The notes beneath the pieces were generated by a model. The model was not told the DNA's origin and did not search any database. It worked only from the letters and a program-made list of their open reading frames with translations. A stretch of DNA of 64,000 bases, taken from assembly GCA_965221775.1 (NCBI GenBank), contig CBDCSU010000006.1, positions 1,952,001 to 2,016,000 on the forward strand. The letters run 5' to 3'. Positions 41,836 through 53,677 of the stretch are shown here, piece after piece. A program made the translations under genes and the position numbers. Every line of letters begins with the position of its first letter. Position 1 is the first letter of the stretch. Source of the DNA: Candidatus Latescibacterota bacterium. Its GTDB lineage: Bacteria > Latescibacterota > UBA2968 > UBA8231.

Positions 41836-44800
41836 ATGCTGGGTTCAATAAAGAAGCTCTTCGGCTCCCAGGCGGAGCGGGAGTTCAGGAAGGCCGCGCC
41901 GGCCCTGGCCGACATCAACGAGGAGCTGGCACGGCTGCGGACGCTCTCCGACGCCGAGCTCTTCGCCCGCACGGCGGGGTTCCGGGAGCGGATCCGCGAT
42001 CACGTCGGCCCCCGCGCCGGGGAGCTGCAGGAGATCGAGGAGCAGTTGCGCAGCGACCTCGAGCCAGGGGAGCGCGAAGATCTCAACGATCGCCACGAGG
42101 CCCTGAACGAGGAGATCCACGCCGCCGAGGGGGAGGCCCTCGAGGAGATTCGGGAGGAGGCCTTCGCCCTGGTCAAGGAGGCCTGCCGCCGGCTGGTGGG
42201 GCGCACCTGGGAGGGTGTCGGGGGCCCCGAGGAGTGGTTCATGGTGCCCTACGACGTGCAGCTCTTCGGCGGCACCGTGCTGCACCAGGGCAAGATCGCC
42301 GAGATGGCCACCGGCGAGGGCAAGACCCTCGTGGCCACCATGCCCCTGTACCTCAACGCTCTGCCGGGCCGCGGCGTGCACCTGATCACCCACAACAACT
42401 ACCTGGCCAAGCGCGACGCCATGTGGATGGGCGGCGTCTTCAACTTCCTCGGTCTGTCCGTGGGCGTGATCCAGGACCAGCGCCAGACCGGCGGCGCCGA
42501 GGCCTACCTGCTGCCGGCGACGGAATCGCCCCCGGAGGAGTTCGTCTGGCGGCCGGCCACCCGCTACGAGGCCTACCGGGCCGACATCGTCTACGCCACC
42601 AAGGACCAGGTGGGGTTCGATTACCTCTACGACAACATGGCCACCCGGCGCGAGCACATGGTGCAGCGGGAGTTCAACTACGCCATCGTCGACGAGGCCG
42701 ACTCCAACCTGATCGACGACGCCCGCACGCCGCTGATCATCTCGGGTCCCGTGCCCGAGGCGTCGAACCGCTACGCCGAGTTCAAGCCCATGGTGGAGAG
42801 GCTGCTGCGGGCGCAGACGAACCTCGTCAACAAGCTCGTGGCCGAGGCCGAGAGCAAGCGCCAGCAGGCGGACAGCGAGTACGAGGCCGGCATCGCCCTG
42901 CTGCGCGCGGTCCGCGGCGCCCCGAAGAACCGGCGCCTCATGAAGACGCTGCAGGAGGAGGGGACGAAGCGACTCATCGGCCGTGTGGAGGCCGACTTCA
43001 TGCGCGACAAGCGCATGACCGAGATCGACGACGAGCTGTTCTACGCGGTGGACGAGAAGGCCCACACCATCGACCTGATGGACAAGGGGCGGGACCTGCT
43101 GTCGCCCGACGAGCAGGCCCTGTTCGTCCTTCCCGACGTGAGCGAGGAGATCGGCCGCATCCGCAAGGACGAGTCGCTGGGCGAAGAGGAGCGGCGCACG
43201 GCCGAGGACGAGGCCTACCGCGACCATCAGCAGCGCACCGAGGCGGTGCACAACATCAACCAGCTCATGCGCGCCTGCACCCTCTTCGAGCGCGACGTGC
43301 AGTACATGGTGACCGAGGACCGGAAGGTCGTCATCGTCGACGAGTCCACCGGCCGGCCCCAGCCGGGACGGAGGTTCGCCGACGGCCTGCACCAGGCCCT
43401 GGAGGCGAAGGAGGGAGTCAAGGTCGAGCAGGAGACGCAGACGGTGGCCACCATCACCCTGCAGAACCTGTTCCGCATGTACCGCAAATTGGCGGGCATG
43501 ACCGGCACGGCCGAGACCGAATCAGCGGAGCTGTGGGAGATCTACAAGCTCGACGTCGTCGTCATCCCCACGCACCGTCCGGTGCGCCGTCTCGATCACG
43601 AGGACCAGATCTTCCGCACCAAGCGCGAGAAGTACAACGCCATCATCGAGGAGATCAGTTGGCTCCACGAGCGCGGCCTGCCCGTGCTGGTAGGTACGAT
43701 CTCGGTGGAGATCTCCGAGCTGCTGTCGCGCATGCTCAAGCGCAAGGGGATCCAGCACCAGCTGCTGAACGCCCGCTTCCACGAGAAGGAGGCGCAGGTC
43801 GTGGCCGACGCCGGCCAGCCGGGCACGGTGACCATCGCCACCAACATGGCCGGGCGGGGCACCGACATAAAGCTGAACCCGGGCGTCGTCCACATAGAGC
43901 GCGAGCTGATCGAGTCGGAGACGACTCTGGAGGACACCGTCAACGGCCGTCCCCTGGCCGAGGAGCTCACCGAGAACCCGAGCGGCCTGCAGGTGATCGG
44001 CACCGAGCGGCACGAATCGCGCCGCATCGACCGGCAGTTGCGGGGCCGCGCCGGCCGGCAGGGCGATCCCGGAGGCTCGCGCTTCTACCTGTCCCTAGAG
44101 GACGACCTGATGAGGCTCTTCGGCTCGGAGCGCATCGCCTCGGTGATGGACCGCCTCGGCGCCGAGGAGGGCGAGGTCATCGAGCATCGCATGGTGACGC
44201 GCTCCATCGAGCGGGCCCAGAAGAAGGTGGAGGCGCGAAACTTCGAGATCCGCAAGCACCTGCTGAAGTACGACGACGTGATGAACCAGCAGCGCCAGGT
44301 GATCTACAACCGGCGGCGCGACATCCTCGAGCGGGACACCGCCCGCGACCAGGTGCTCGACATCATCACCGAGACCGTCTCCGGCCTGGTCGCCGCCCAC
44401 GCGCAGGCCGACATGCACTCCTCCGAGTGGACCTGGGAAGACCTGGCCGCCGACTTCTCGACCCGGTTCTACACCCCCTTCCCCGTGGAGGTGGCCGAGC
44501 GCGACGGCGTCGAGTCCTCCGGCCTGGAAGCGCGCCTCCTCGAGGCCGCCCGGGCCGCGTACGAGCACCGCCGCCAGGCCGTCGACGAGAGCACCTTCAA
44601 CGAGGTGGAGAAGGCGATCCTGCTGCACACCATCGACACGTGCTGGCAGGAGCACCTCTACGAGATGGACGAGCTGAAGGAAGGGGTCGGTTTCGCCGGG
44701 GTGGGCGGCAAGGACCCCCTGATGGTCTACCAGAAGGAGGCTTTCGAGATGTTCGAGAGCCTCATCGGGCGGATCGATACCGAGTCGCTGAGCAACCTCT

Positions 44801-45141
44801 TCCAGCTTCGCGTCGAGGCGGGACCTGTACCGGAGAGGCGGGCGCCCGCCGGACGGGGCCGGTTCAGCGACATCCATCGGGAGGCGACGAACCTCGGGTT
44901 CCGCGGCGCACCGGCCGGTCCCGCCGAGGTCTCGCAGCCGGGTGCGCCCGCGGGCGACGGAATGCCCCTGGGGCGCCCGGCCGGCGCTCCCCGGGACGAC
45001 CAGGAGCTCGTGGCGGCCGGCAGCGAGGGAGGCGCGCCGGCGAAGAGAGCGCCGGTGCGGGCCGGTCCCAAGGTGGGCCGGAACCAGCCCTGCCCCTGCG
45101 GCAGCGGCAAGAAGTTCAAGCACTGCCACGGCAAGGGCTGA
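41836..45141 (+). CDS. secA: Preprotein translocase ATPase SecA
   Basis: MATGEGKT, DEAD, GLHQALEAKE, GMTGTA, ATNMAGRGTDI, QLRGRAGRQGDPG, C-terminal SEC-C motif. Confidence 0.98.
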   Translation: MLGSIKKLFGSQAEREFRKAAPALADINEELARLRTLSDAELFARTAGFRERIRDHVGPRAGELQEIEEQLRSDLEPGEREDLNDRHEALNEEIHAAEGEALEEIREEAFALVKEACRRLVGRTWEGVGGPEEWFMVPYDVQLFGGTVLHQGKIAEMATGEGKTLVATMPLYLNALPGRGVHLITHNNYLAKRDAMWMGGVFNFLGLSVGVIQDQRQTGGAEAYLLPATESPPEEFVWRPATRYEAYRADIVYATKDQVGFDYLYDNMATRREHMVQREFNYAIVDEADSNLIDDARTPLIISGPVPEASNRYAEFKPMVERLLRAQTNLVNKLVAEAESKRQQADSEYEAGIALLRAVRGAPKNRRLMKTLQEEGTKRLIGRVEADFMRDKRMTEIDDELFYAVDEKAHTIDLMDKGRDLLSPDEQALFVLPDVSEEIGRIRKDESLGEEERRTAEDEAYRDHQQRTEAVHNINQLMRACTLFERDVQYMVTEDRKVVIVDESTGRPQPGRRFADGLHQALEAKEGVKVEQETQTVATITLQNLFRMYRKLAGMTGTAETESAELWEIYKLDVVVIPTHRPVRRLDHEDQIFRTKREKYNAIIEEISWLHERGLPVLVGTISVEISELLSRMLKRKGIQHQLLNARFHEKEAQVVADAGQPGTVTIATNMAGRGTDIKLNPGVVHIERELIESETTLEDTVNGRPLAEELTENPSGLQVIGTERHESRRIDRQLRGRAGRQGDPGGSRFYLSLEDDLMRLFGSERIASVMDRLGAEEGEVIEHRMVTRSIERAQKKVEARNFEIRKHLLKYDDVMNQQRQVIYNRRRDILERDTARDQVLDIITETVSGLVAAHAQADMHSSEWTWEDLAADFSTRFYTPFPVEVAERDGVESSGLEARLLEAARAAYEHRRQAVDESTFNEVEKAILLHTIDTCWQEHLYEMDELKEGVGFAGVGGKDPLMVYQKEAFEMFESLIGRIDTESLSNLFQLRVEAGPVPERRAPAGRGRFSDIHREATNLGFRGAPAGPAEVSQPGAPAGDGMPLGRPAGAPRDDQELVAAGSEGGAPAKRAPVRAGPKVGRNQPCPCGSGKKFKHCHGKG

Positions 45142-45165
45142 AGGGGCGGGCCGGGAAGGTAGGCC

Positions 45166-46719
<1,554 letters not shown>

Positions 46720-47038
46720 TCCGCCGCGGCAACCCCCGGGGTGCAAGACCTCGTCCTCCTCCGCGAACCCCCGGTGCAACCACCACAAAGTCGTAAAGGG
46801 GTCGGCGGCCCAGGGAGACTCATGGGCCCTCCAGCCTTGGGGTTCGGGCGGGTGAGGGGCACCGCTCGTGGCGCGGCGGCCTGCCCGGGCTGTCAAGGCG
46901 GCCCTTCCCCCAAGCGGAAATGCAGAGGCTGCGGCTGGACGCAGAGGGGCGGATAGGGGACCCTCGGCAGGGGGCCCGGCCGCGTCAGCCTACGTCAAGA
47001 TGAGGGGCAGGTGCGCCCGGGGATGGGAAGCCGGTGCT

Positions 47039-47521
47039 TCAGAGTTCGGGCCAGGCCAGCTCGTACTCACCGCCCTCCAGCTGCTCCCGCGCCAGGAGAA
47101 CGATCAGCGACGGGTAGACGCGCTGCTCGATGTCGCGGCGCAGGTTGCGAAGGCCGATGGCCACGGAGTGCGCCTGCCGCCGGGTGTCGCCGGTCTCGTC
47201 GCGCGCCAGGCGGCGGGCGTCCTCGAAGGAGCGCTGGTAGAGGTCGTGGGTGTTGCGGATCGTGCGCTCGTCGAGCTCCGGGATGGCGTCCACGGCGGCG
47301 GCGTACTCGTCGAGCATGGCCCGGGCCGCCTCGATGTCGGCATCGGTCACCGGCACGCTTGGATCGTCGAAACGCAGGATCGTCCGCTCCACGCGCTCGT
47401 TGAAGGAATGGAACTCCTGGATCGACTTGACGTACTGCTTCAGTTCGGCGATCTCCGCCTCCCTGCCGCAGCCCGTCACCCCCACCGCCAGCGCGAGTGT
47501 GATCAGCAGCCCCCGTACCAT
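47039..47521 (-). CDS. Hypothetical helical lipoprotein
   Basis: SD GGAGG; signal peptide with lipobox VTGC; coding-like composition. Confidence 0.7.
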   Translation of the reverse strand: MVRGLLITLALAVGVTGCGREAEIAELKQYVKSIQEFHSFNERVERTILRFDDPSVPVTDADIEAARAMLDEYAAAVDAIPELDERTIRNTHDLYQRSFEDARRLARDETGDTRRQAHSVAIGLRNLRRDIEQRVYPSLIVLLAREQLEGGEYELAWPEL

Positions 47522-47642
47522 TTCGACCTCCAGGCGTAGGTGTTGCGGTTCCGGAGGGCCTGCCGGAGAGGGTTTCCGACGCCCGCCCGACGGGCCCGCG
47601 CGTAACATACAAAGGCCCGAAAGCCGAAGGCAAGGCGCTTCG

Positions 47643-47671
47643 TTGACGGGTTGCGGGGGCCGGGATACCTT
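47643..47671 (+). promoter_or_regulatory. Sigma70 promoter TTGACG-17-TACCTT upstream of purC
   Basis: Hexamers at 47643-47648 and 47666-47671. Confidence 0.6.
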
Positions 47672-47697
47672 CACCAAACCCCCTTCACCCGCACCCG

Positions 47698-48699
47698 ATG
47701 GAGGCACTGTTGGTCAGCCGCGAACAGCTCCGCAACCTGCTTGACGACTGCCTGCTCGAAGCCCGCTTCGATCGCTGGGCCGACTCCTACCACCAGGGGA
47801 AGGTCCGCGACATCTACCGCCTTGCGGACCGCCGCATCCTGATCACCACCGACCGGCAGAGCGCCTTCGATCACGTCCTGGGCACCATTCCCCTGAAAGG
47901 GCAGGTCCTCAACCGGATCGCCCAGTACTGGTTCGAGCGCACCGCCGACATCGTGCCGAACCACGTCCTCCAGGTGCCGCACGCCAGCGTCACCGTGGCC
48001 GAGGAGCTGGACATGTTCCCCGTGGAGGTCGTCGTGAGGGGCTACCTGACGGGCAGCACCGAGACCTCGGCCTGGACCCACTACGCGCGCGGGGTGCGGG
48101 AGTTCTGCGGCAACCGGCTCCCCGACGGCATGGTCAAGAACCAGCCCTTCGAGGCGCCCATCATCACCCCCACCACCAAGTCCGAGGAACACGACGAGTC
48201 GATCTCTCCGGAGCAGATCGTCGAGCGCGGACTCGTCGACGAAGGGACCTGGCGCCGGATCGAAGAGATCGCCCTGGAGTTGTTCGCCCGCGGGCAACAG
48301 CTGGCGGCGGAGCAGGGGCTGATCCTGGTGGACACCAAGTACGAGATGGGCCGCAACGCCGAGGGGCGGATCGCGGTGGCCGACGAGATCCACACGCCCG
48401 ACTCCTCCCGCTACTGGATTCTGGACAGCTACGAGGAACGCCACGGGCGCGGCGACGAGCCGGAGAGTCTGGACAAGGAGTTCCTCCGTCTGTGGCTGAA
48501 GGAGAAGGGCATCTCCGACGACAACATCCCGCATCTCGACGACGATATCCGCGTCGAGGTCGCCGGGCGCTACGTCGATCTCTTCGAGCGGGTGACGGGG
48601 CGGAGCTTCGAGCCCGACGTGGGGGAGGACGGTTCCGTGAGGGACCGCATCGAGAGGGCGATCGAGCCGTTCTTCGCCCCCGAGGGCAAACCGGTGTGA
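47698..48699 (+). CDS. purC: SAICAR synthetase
   Basis: GKVRDIY, TDRQSAFD, IPLKGQVLN, EVVVRGYLTGS, TPTTK, DTKYEMG, DEIHTPDSSRYW, DKEF. Confidence 0.96.
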   Translation: MEALLVSREQLRNLLDDCLLEARFDRWADSYHQGKVRDIYRLADRRILITTDRQSAFDHVLGTIPLKGQVLNRIAQYWFERTADIVPNHVLQVPHASVTVAEELDMFPVEVVVRGYLTGSTETSAWTHYARGVREFCGNRLPDGMVKNQPFEAPIITPTTKSEEHDESISPEQIVERGLVDEGTWRRIEEIALELFARGQQLAAEQGLILVDTKYEMGRNAEGRIAVADEIHTPDSSRYWILDSYEERHGRGDEPESLDKEFLRLWLKEKGISDDNIPHLDDDIRVEVAGRYVDLFERVTGRSFEPDVGEDGSVRDRIERAIEPFFAPEGKPV

Positions 48700-48971
48700 G
48701 CACCGGGGCCGCGGAGCTGCGGAGCGCGCCGGCGCGCCGGTCGGTCCTCGGCCGGTTCCTGGGCGCCGTCCTCGTGTTTCGACTGGAGCTTCGGCTGCCG
48801 GCGGTCGACGCGGGGCTCGTGCTCCTGTCCTGGCTGCGGCGGCCGGTGATCCAGATGCCCGTGGACCGGGCGCGGATCCCCGGGGGTTCGCTGCTCTCGA
48901 TAGCGCCGTCTCCAGCCGCGGACGCCCGCAGCCGGACTCGCCGGCGTCTCGACGAGGTCTTTCCTTTCTGA
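48696..48971 (+). CDS. Hypothetical small protein
   Basis: GTGA overlap with the purC stop; fills the gap to the next ORF; no recognisable motif. Confidence 0.4.
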   Translation: MSTGAAELRSAPARRSVLGRFLGAVLVFRLELRLPAVDAGLVLLSWLRRPVIQMPVDRARIPGGSLLSIAPSPAADARSRTRRRLDEVFPF

Positions 48972-48982
48972 GCGAGCCTCCC

Positions 48983-49261
48983 GTGCTTCACCGTCAGCTG
49001 CGAACAGCCCTGGAGGAGATCTTCGGTGAGGACTACGTCGAGGAAGCCCTGCGACACTCCGAGCTGGCGGAGCTGGTGATCTGCGAGCGCACCGACCAGT
49101 TCAAGGACACCGTCCTCGGCTTCCAGCGCCTGAACTACCGCGACGAGCAGTCCACCTACGCCGCAGGGCTGGAACGCGAGTTCGGCGTCGCCCTCATCTG
49201 CTCCCTGCTGCACAACCCCACACGCCAGCTGATCGCCGAGCTCGGCCTGAACTACCTGTAG
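48983..49261 (+). CDS. Hypothetical 92-aa acidic helical protein
   Basis: Strong GC3 coding pattern; globular protein-like composition. Confidence 0.7.
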   Translation: MLHRQLRTALEEIFGEDYVEEALRHSELAELVICERTDQFKDTVLGFQRLNYRDEQSTYAAGLEREFGVALICSLLHNPTRQLIAELGLNYL

Positions 49262-49307
49262 TGTTCGGCGGCGCAGGCAGGGGGCCGACAGGCCGGCCCC
49301 TCCGCGC

Positions 49308-50801
49308 GTGACCGGCAACCCGCTCCTCGCCTTCGACCTCGGCGCCGAGAGCGGCCGCGCCATTCTCGGCCGCTTCGAGGGCGAGCGTCTGGAACTGGAG
49401 GAGTTGCACCGCTTCCCCACGGGGGGCACGGCCGTCCTCGACCGGCTCTACTGGGACGTGCTGCGCCTGCACGACGGGATCAAGCAGGGGCTGCGGGCGG
49501 CGGCCGGGGCCCGGATCGCCTCCGTGGGCGTCGACACCTGGGGGGTGGACTTCGGCCTGCTGGCCGCCGACGGGTCCCTCCTCGACAACCCCCGCCACTA
49601 CCGGGACCCGCGGACCGAGGGGGTGCTGGACCGGGCCCTGGAGCGCGTCTCCCGGGAGCGCGTGTTCGCCGCAACGGGGGTGCAGCTCCTGCCGATCAAC
49701 ACCCTCTTCCAGCTGCTGGCCATGCAGGAGCAGTCCGCTCCCCAACTGGGCGCCGCCCACCGGCTGCTGATGATGGCCGACTTGCTGCATTACTTCCTCA
49801 CGGGGGAGCAGGTCTGCGAGTTCACCAACGCCACCACCACCCAGTTCTACGATCCGCAGCGGGGGCGCTGGTCGACGGAGCTCCTCGAGGCCTTCGGCCT
49901 GCCGCACCGCATCCTGCCCGAGATCGTCCCGCCGGGCACGCGGATCGGCCCGCTGCTGGAGAGCGTCTCCCGCGACTGCGGCCTGGCCTCCGGGATCCCG
50001 GTGGTGGCGCCGGCCACCCACGACACCGGCGCGGCGGTGGCCGCGGTCCCGGCCGAGGGTCCGGACTTCGCCTACATCAGCTCCGGCACCTGGTCTCTCA
50101 TGGGCGCCGAGTTGCAGGCCCCCGATCTCTCGCCGGGCGCCCTGCGCTGCAACTTCACCAACGAGGGCGGCGTGGGCGGCACCTTCCGCTTTCTGAAGAA
50201 CATCATGGGGCTGTGGCTGGTGCAGGAGTGTCGGCGCGCCTGGTCGGCCGAGGGCCGCGACCTCTCCTACCACGAGCTCACTCGGGCCGCGGAAGAGGCT
50301 CCCGGCTTCGGGGCTCTCGTCGATCCCGACGACGGGCGCTTCCTGCCTCCGGGGGACATGCCCGGCCGGGTGGCCGCCTTCTGCCGCGAGACGGGGCAGA
50401 CCGAGCCCGCCGGCGAGGGCGCCGTGATCCGCTGTCTGCTGGAGAGCCTGGCCCTGAAGTACCGCTGGGTCCTCGAGCGCCTCGAGGAGGTCCTGGGCCG
50501 GCGCCTGGAGCCGGTCCACGTGGTCGGCGGGGGCATCCGCAACACCCTGCTCTGCCAGCTCACCGCCGACGCCACCGGGCGTCCGGTCGTCGCCGGGCCG
50601 GCGGAAGCCACGGCTGTCGGCAACCTGCTGGTGCAGGCCCTCGGCCTCGGCCGTCTCGGCTCGGTGGAGGACATCCGCGCCGTGGTGCGCGCCTCCTTCG
50701 AGCCCCGGACTTTCACCCCGTGCGGGGACGACGGCCGCTGGGAGGAGGCGTACGGCCGCTTCTGCAGGCTGCTGCCCGACCCCCCGGCTGCGGGGGGCTG
50801 A
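49308..50801 (+). CDS. rhaB: Rhamnulokinase-family FGGY sugar kinase
   Basis: DLGAESGR, VDTWGVDFGL, YRD.RT, HDT, SSGTWSL, TNEGG, KNIMGLW. Confidence 0.85.
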   Translation: MTGNPLLAFDLGAESGRAILGRFEGERLELEELHRFPTGGTAVLDRLYWDVLRLHDGIKQGLRAAAGARIASVGVDTWGVDFGLLAADGSLLDNPRHYRDPRTEGVLDRALERVSRERVFAATGVQLLPINTLFQLLAMQEQSAPQLGAAHRLLMMADLLHYFLTGEQVCEFTNATTTQFYDPQRGRWSTELLEAFGLPHRILPEIVPPGTRIGPLLESVSRDCGLASGIPVVAPATHDTGAAVAAVPAEGPDFAYISSGTWSLMGAELQAPDLSPGALRCNFTNEGGVGGTFRFLKNIMGLWLVQECRRAWSAEGRDLSYHELTRAAEEAPGFGALVDPDDGRFLPPGDMPGRVAAFCRETGQTEPAGEGAVIRCLLESLALKYRWVLERLEEVLGRRLEPVHVVGGGIRNTLLCQLTADATGRPVVAGPAEATAVGNLLVQALGLGRLGSVEDIRAVVRASFEPRTFTPCGDDGRWEEAYGRFCRLLPDPPAAGG

Positions 50802-50866
50802 AGTCCAGAATCAGCTTCCCGGTTCGCGGGGAGCGTCTGCCGCAAGACACCACAGGAGGGCGCACA

Positions 50867-52711
50867 GTGACGGCTCCATACGATGGTTCCCCCATCGCCT
50901 ACGACGTGACCTGCCGCAGGAACGTGATGGTCCCCATGCGCGACGGCGTGGGGCTCGCCTCCGACATCTACCTCCCCTCGGTGGGAGAGGAACCCGCGGC
51001 CGGCCGGTTTCCCGTCATCCTCGAGCGGACCCCCTACGACAAGGCCGCGCCGCGGCAGGTGACCAATGCGGGCTACTTCGCGCGGCGGGGCTACGCCACG
51101 GTGATTCAGGACGTTCGCGGCCGCTTCGCCTCCGAGGGCGAGTGGTACGCCTTTGCCAGGGAGGCGCCGGACGGCTACGACACCGTCGAGTGGATCGCGG
51201 GCCAGGAGTGGAGCAACGGCAAGGTCGGCACCATGGGAGGCTCGTACGCCGGCAGCGACCAGAGCGCCCTCGCGACCCTGGCGCCGCCGCACCTGGAGAC
51301 CATGGTCGTGGCGGTGGGCGCCTCCAACTACTACCACGGCTCGATGCGCCAGAACGGCGCCCTGGAGCAGCGCTTCCACGTCTACGTCTTCCGCATGGCG
51401 ATGACGAGCAAGGAGGCCATGGCCGACCCGGGCCTCCAGGCGGAGATCATGAAGGCCTTCACGCAGGACATGCCTGACATCGTGCGCCGGTTGCCGCTGA
51501 AGAAGGGAGCCACGGTGCTGCGCCGGCTGCCCTCCTACGAGCAGTGGGCCATCGACATCCTGACCCACGGGGAGTTCGACGACTACTGGAAACAGCGGGG
51601 CTACGCCATCGACGAGTACTACGACGAGCACGCCGACGTGCCGACCCTGTATCTCGGCGGCTGGTACGACTCCTACGCCCGCAACACCCCCACGAGCTAC
51701 CGCAAGCTCAGCGATATCAAGCGGTCGCCGCAGGTCCTGCTGATGGGGCCGTGGACGCACGGCTGCTACGAGGTGACCCACGCCGGGGACGTCGACTTCG
51801 GGACCGACTCGCACATCAACCAGAACGACCTGCGGCTGGCCTGGTTCGACCACCACCTCAAGGGCATGGCAACGGAGTTCGCCGACTGGTCGCCGGTGCG
51901 CATCTTCACCATGGGCACCGGCAGCCAGCGGATGAACAAGCACGACTACGACCGCCGCCTCGACCACGGCGGCTACTGGCGCAGCGAGCCGGACTGGCCC
52001 CTGCCGGGCACGGTGGAGACGCGCTACTACCTGCGCGCCGGCGGCGGGCTGTCGCGGGAGCAGCCCAAGGAGAAGGAGGCGCCGTCCACGGGCTACACCT
52101 TCGACCCCCGGGATCCGGTGCCGACAATGGGGGGCGGCATCTCGGCGGCCGACACCATCATCCCCCCCGGCGCCTTCGACCAGCGCGGCCGGCCCGACTT
52201 CTTCGGCTGCGTCGACGAGCTGCCGCTCAACACCCGAGGGGACATCCTCACCTTCCAGACCCCGGAGCTGGCGGAGGACACGGAGGTCACGGGCCACATC
52301 GTCATGCACCTGTGGGCGTCGTCGTCGGCCCGGGACACCGATTTCACCGCCAAGCTCATCGACCTCCATCCGCCCTCGGGCGACTACCCGGACGGTTTCG
52401 CCATGAACATCACCGACTCGATCCTCCGCGCCCGCTACCGGAACGGCTGGACGCGGCCGGAGCTGATGGAGCCGGGGACCCCTTACGAGTTCGTCTTCCA
52501 TCTCTACCCGACGTCGAACGTCTTCCGCCGCGGCCACCGCATCCGCCTGGACATCAGCAGCAGCAACTGGCCGCGCTTCGACGTCAACCCCAACACCGGG
52601 GGGCCTCTCGGCCTCGAGAGCCGCTGGGAGATCGCCCACCAGACGATCCTCCACAGTCCGGGGCACCCGTCGCACATCGTGCTGCCGCTGCAGAAGGCCG
52701 CCGCGAGCTAG
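50867..52711 (+). CDS. CocE/NonD-family alpha/beta hydrolase
   Basis: SD AGGAGG; MRDGV.L..DIY, RTPY, DVRGRFASEG, GGSYAG, GGWYD, GPWTH, SSNWPRF. Confidence 0.92.
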   Translation: MTAPYDGSPIAYDVTCRRNVMVPMRDGVGLASDIYLPSVGEEPAAGRFPVILERTPYDKAAPRQVTNAGYFARRGYATVIQDVRGRFASEGEWYAFAREAPDGYDTVEWIAGQEWSNGKVGTMGGSYAGSDQSALATLAPPHLETMVVAVGASNYYHGSMRQNGALEQRFHVYVFRMAMTSKEAMADPGLQAEIMKAFTQDMPDIVRRLPLKKGATVLRRLPSYEQWAIDILTHGEFDDYWKQRGYAIDEYYDEHADVPTLYLGGWYDSYARNTPTSYRKLSDIKRSPQVLLMGPWTHGCYEVTHAGDVDFGTDSHINQNDLRLAWFDHHLKGMATEFADWSPVRIFTMGTGSQRMNKHDYDRRLDHGGYWRSEPDWPLPGTVETRYYLRAGGGLSREQPKEKEAPSTGYTFDPRDPVPTMGGGISAADTIIPPGAFDQRGRPDFFGCVDELPLNTRGDILTFQTPELAEDTEVTGHIVMHLWASSSARDTDFTAKLIDLHPPSGDYPDGFAMNITDSILRARYRNGWTRPELMEPGTPYEFVFHLYPTSNVFRRGHRIRLDISSSNWPRFDVNPNTGGPLGLESRWEIAHQTILHSPGHPSHIVLPLQKAAAS

Positions 52712-52744
52712 CCGCGGTTCGGGGAACGGGAACCGAACCGCGGC
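52711..52744. terminator. 12-bp perfect GC hairpin after the CocE gene (no U-tract)
   Basis: GCCGCGGTTCGG-N10-CCGAACCGCGGC. Confidence 0.45.
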
Positions 52745-52846
52745 CGGGGTAGTCGGTGTCGGAGACGGCACTGCGCGCGGATGCAGGCAGGACGCTATCT
52801 TCCGTCTCCGTTGCGCTCGATTCTCCAGACTGAAGGAAGCCCCCCG

Positions 52847-53677
52847 GTGGCCCAGTACAATCTCGCCGACCTGCATTCCCATTCGACCTGCTCCGACGGG
52901 CAGCGCACACCCCGAGAGGTGGTGGAGGAAGCGGCCTCCGCCGGGGTCCGCGTCCTGAGCCTGACCGACCACGACACCGTGGAGGGGGTGGCGGAGGCGG
53001 CCGCCGCCGGCCGGGAGCTCGGTGTGGTGACGGTTCCGGGCACCGAGCTCAGCGCCCACGTCAACGACCGCGAGCTGCATCTGCTCGCCTACTTCATCGA
53101 CTACCAGGACCGCCGCCTGGGCTCCTACGTCGAGCTTCTCCACCAGCGCCGCCGGGACCGCGGCGAGGCGATTGTGGATCGGCTCAATCAGCTCGGCGTG
53201 TCGGTCACCCTCGATGATGTGCTGGTGAGGGCCGCCGGGGGGCCGCTGGGACGCCCCCACATCGCCGCGGCCATGGTCGCCAGCGGCGCGGTGCCGACGA
53301 AGGAGGAGGCCTTCCACCGCTTCATCGGCGACCGCCGGCCCGCCGACGTGCCGAAGCCGCGCAGCCCGGCGGCCGAGGTCATCGGTCTGGTCCACGAGCT
53401 CGGCGGCGTCATCGTCCTCGCTCATCCCGGTCTGGCCGTCTCGGAGACGGTGATCGCCGAGCTGGTCGATGCCGGCCTCGACGGTGTCGAGGTTTACCAC
53501 CCCTCCCACAAGCCCTCCCAGATCGAGCACTACCAGGACATCTCCAGGCGCTACGGCCTTCTCATGTCCGGCGGCTCCGACAGCCACGGCGAACCTGAGG
53601 GCCCGCGGGTCGGCGACTGCGGCATCGGCTGCGAGGCCGTGGAGGCCCTCAACGAACGCGCCGCCACCTATGCCTGA
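52847..53677 (+). CDS. PHP-domain phosphoesterase (TrpH/YciV-like)
   Basis: DLHSHS..SDG, TDHD, ELHLL, GRPH, AHP, GGSDSHG. Confidence 0.92.
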   Translation: MAQYNLADLHSHSTCSDGQRTPREVVEEAASAGVRVLSLTDHDTVEGVAEAAAAGRELGVVTVPGTELSAHVNDRELHLLAYFIDYQDRRLGSYVELLHQRRRDRGEAIVDRLNQLGVSVTLDDVLVRAAGGPLGRPHIAAAMVASGAVPTKEEAFHRFIGDRRPADVPKPRSPAAEVIGLVHELGGVIVLAHPGLAVSETVIAELVDAGLDGVEVYHPSHKPSQIEHYQDISRRYGLLMSGGSDSHGEPEGPRVGDCGIGCEAVEALNERAATYA

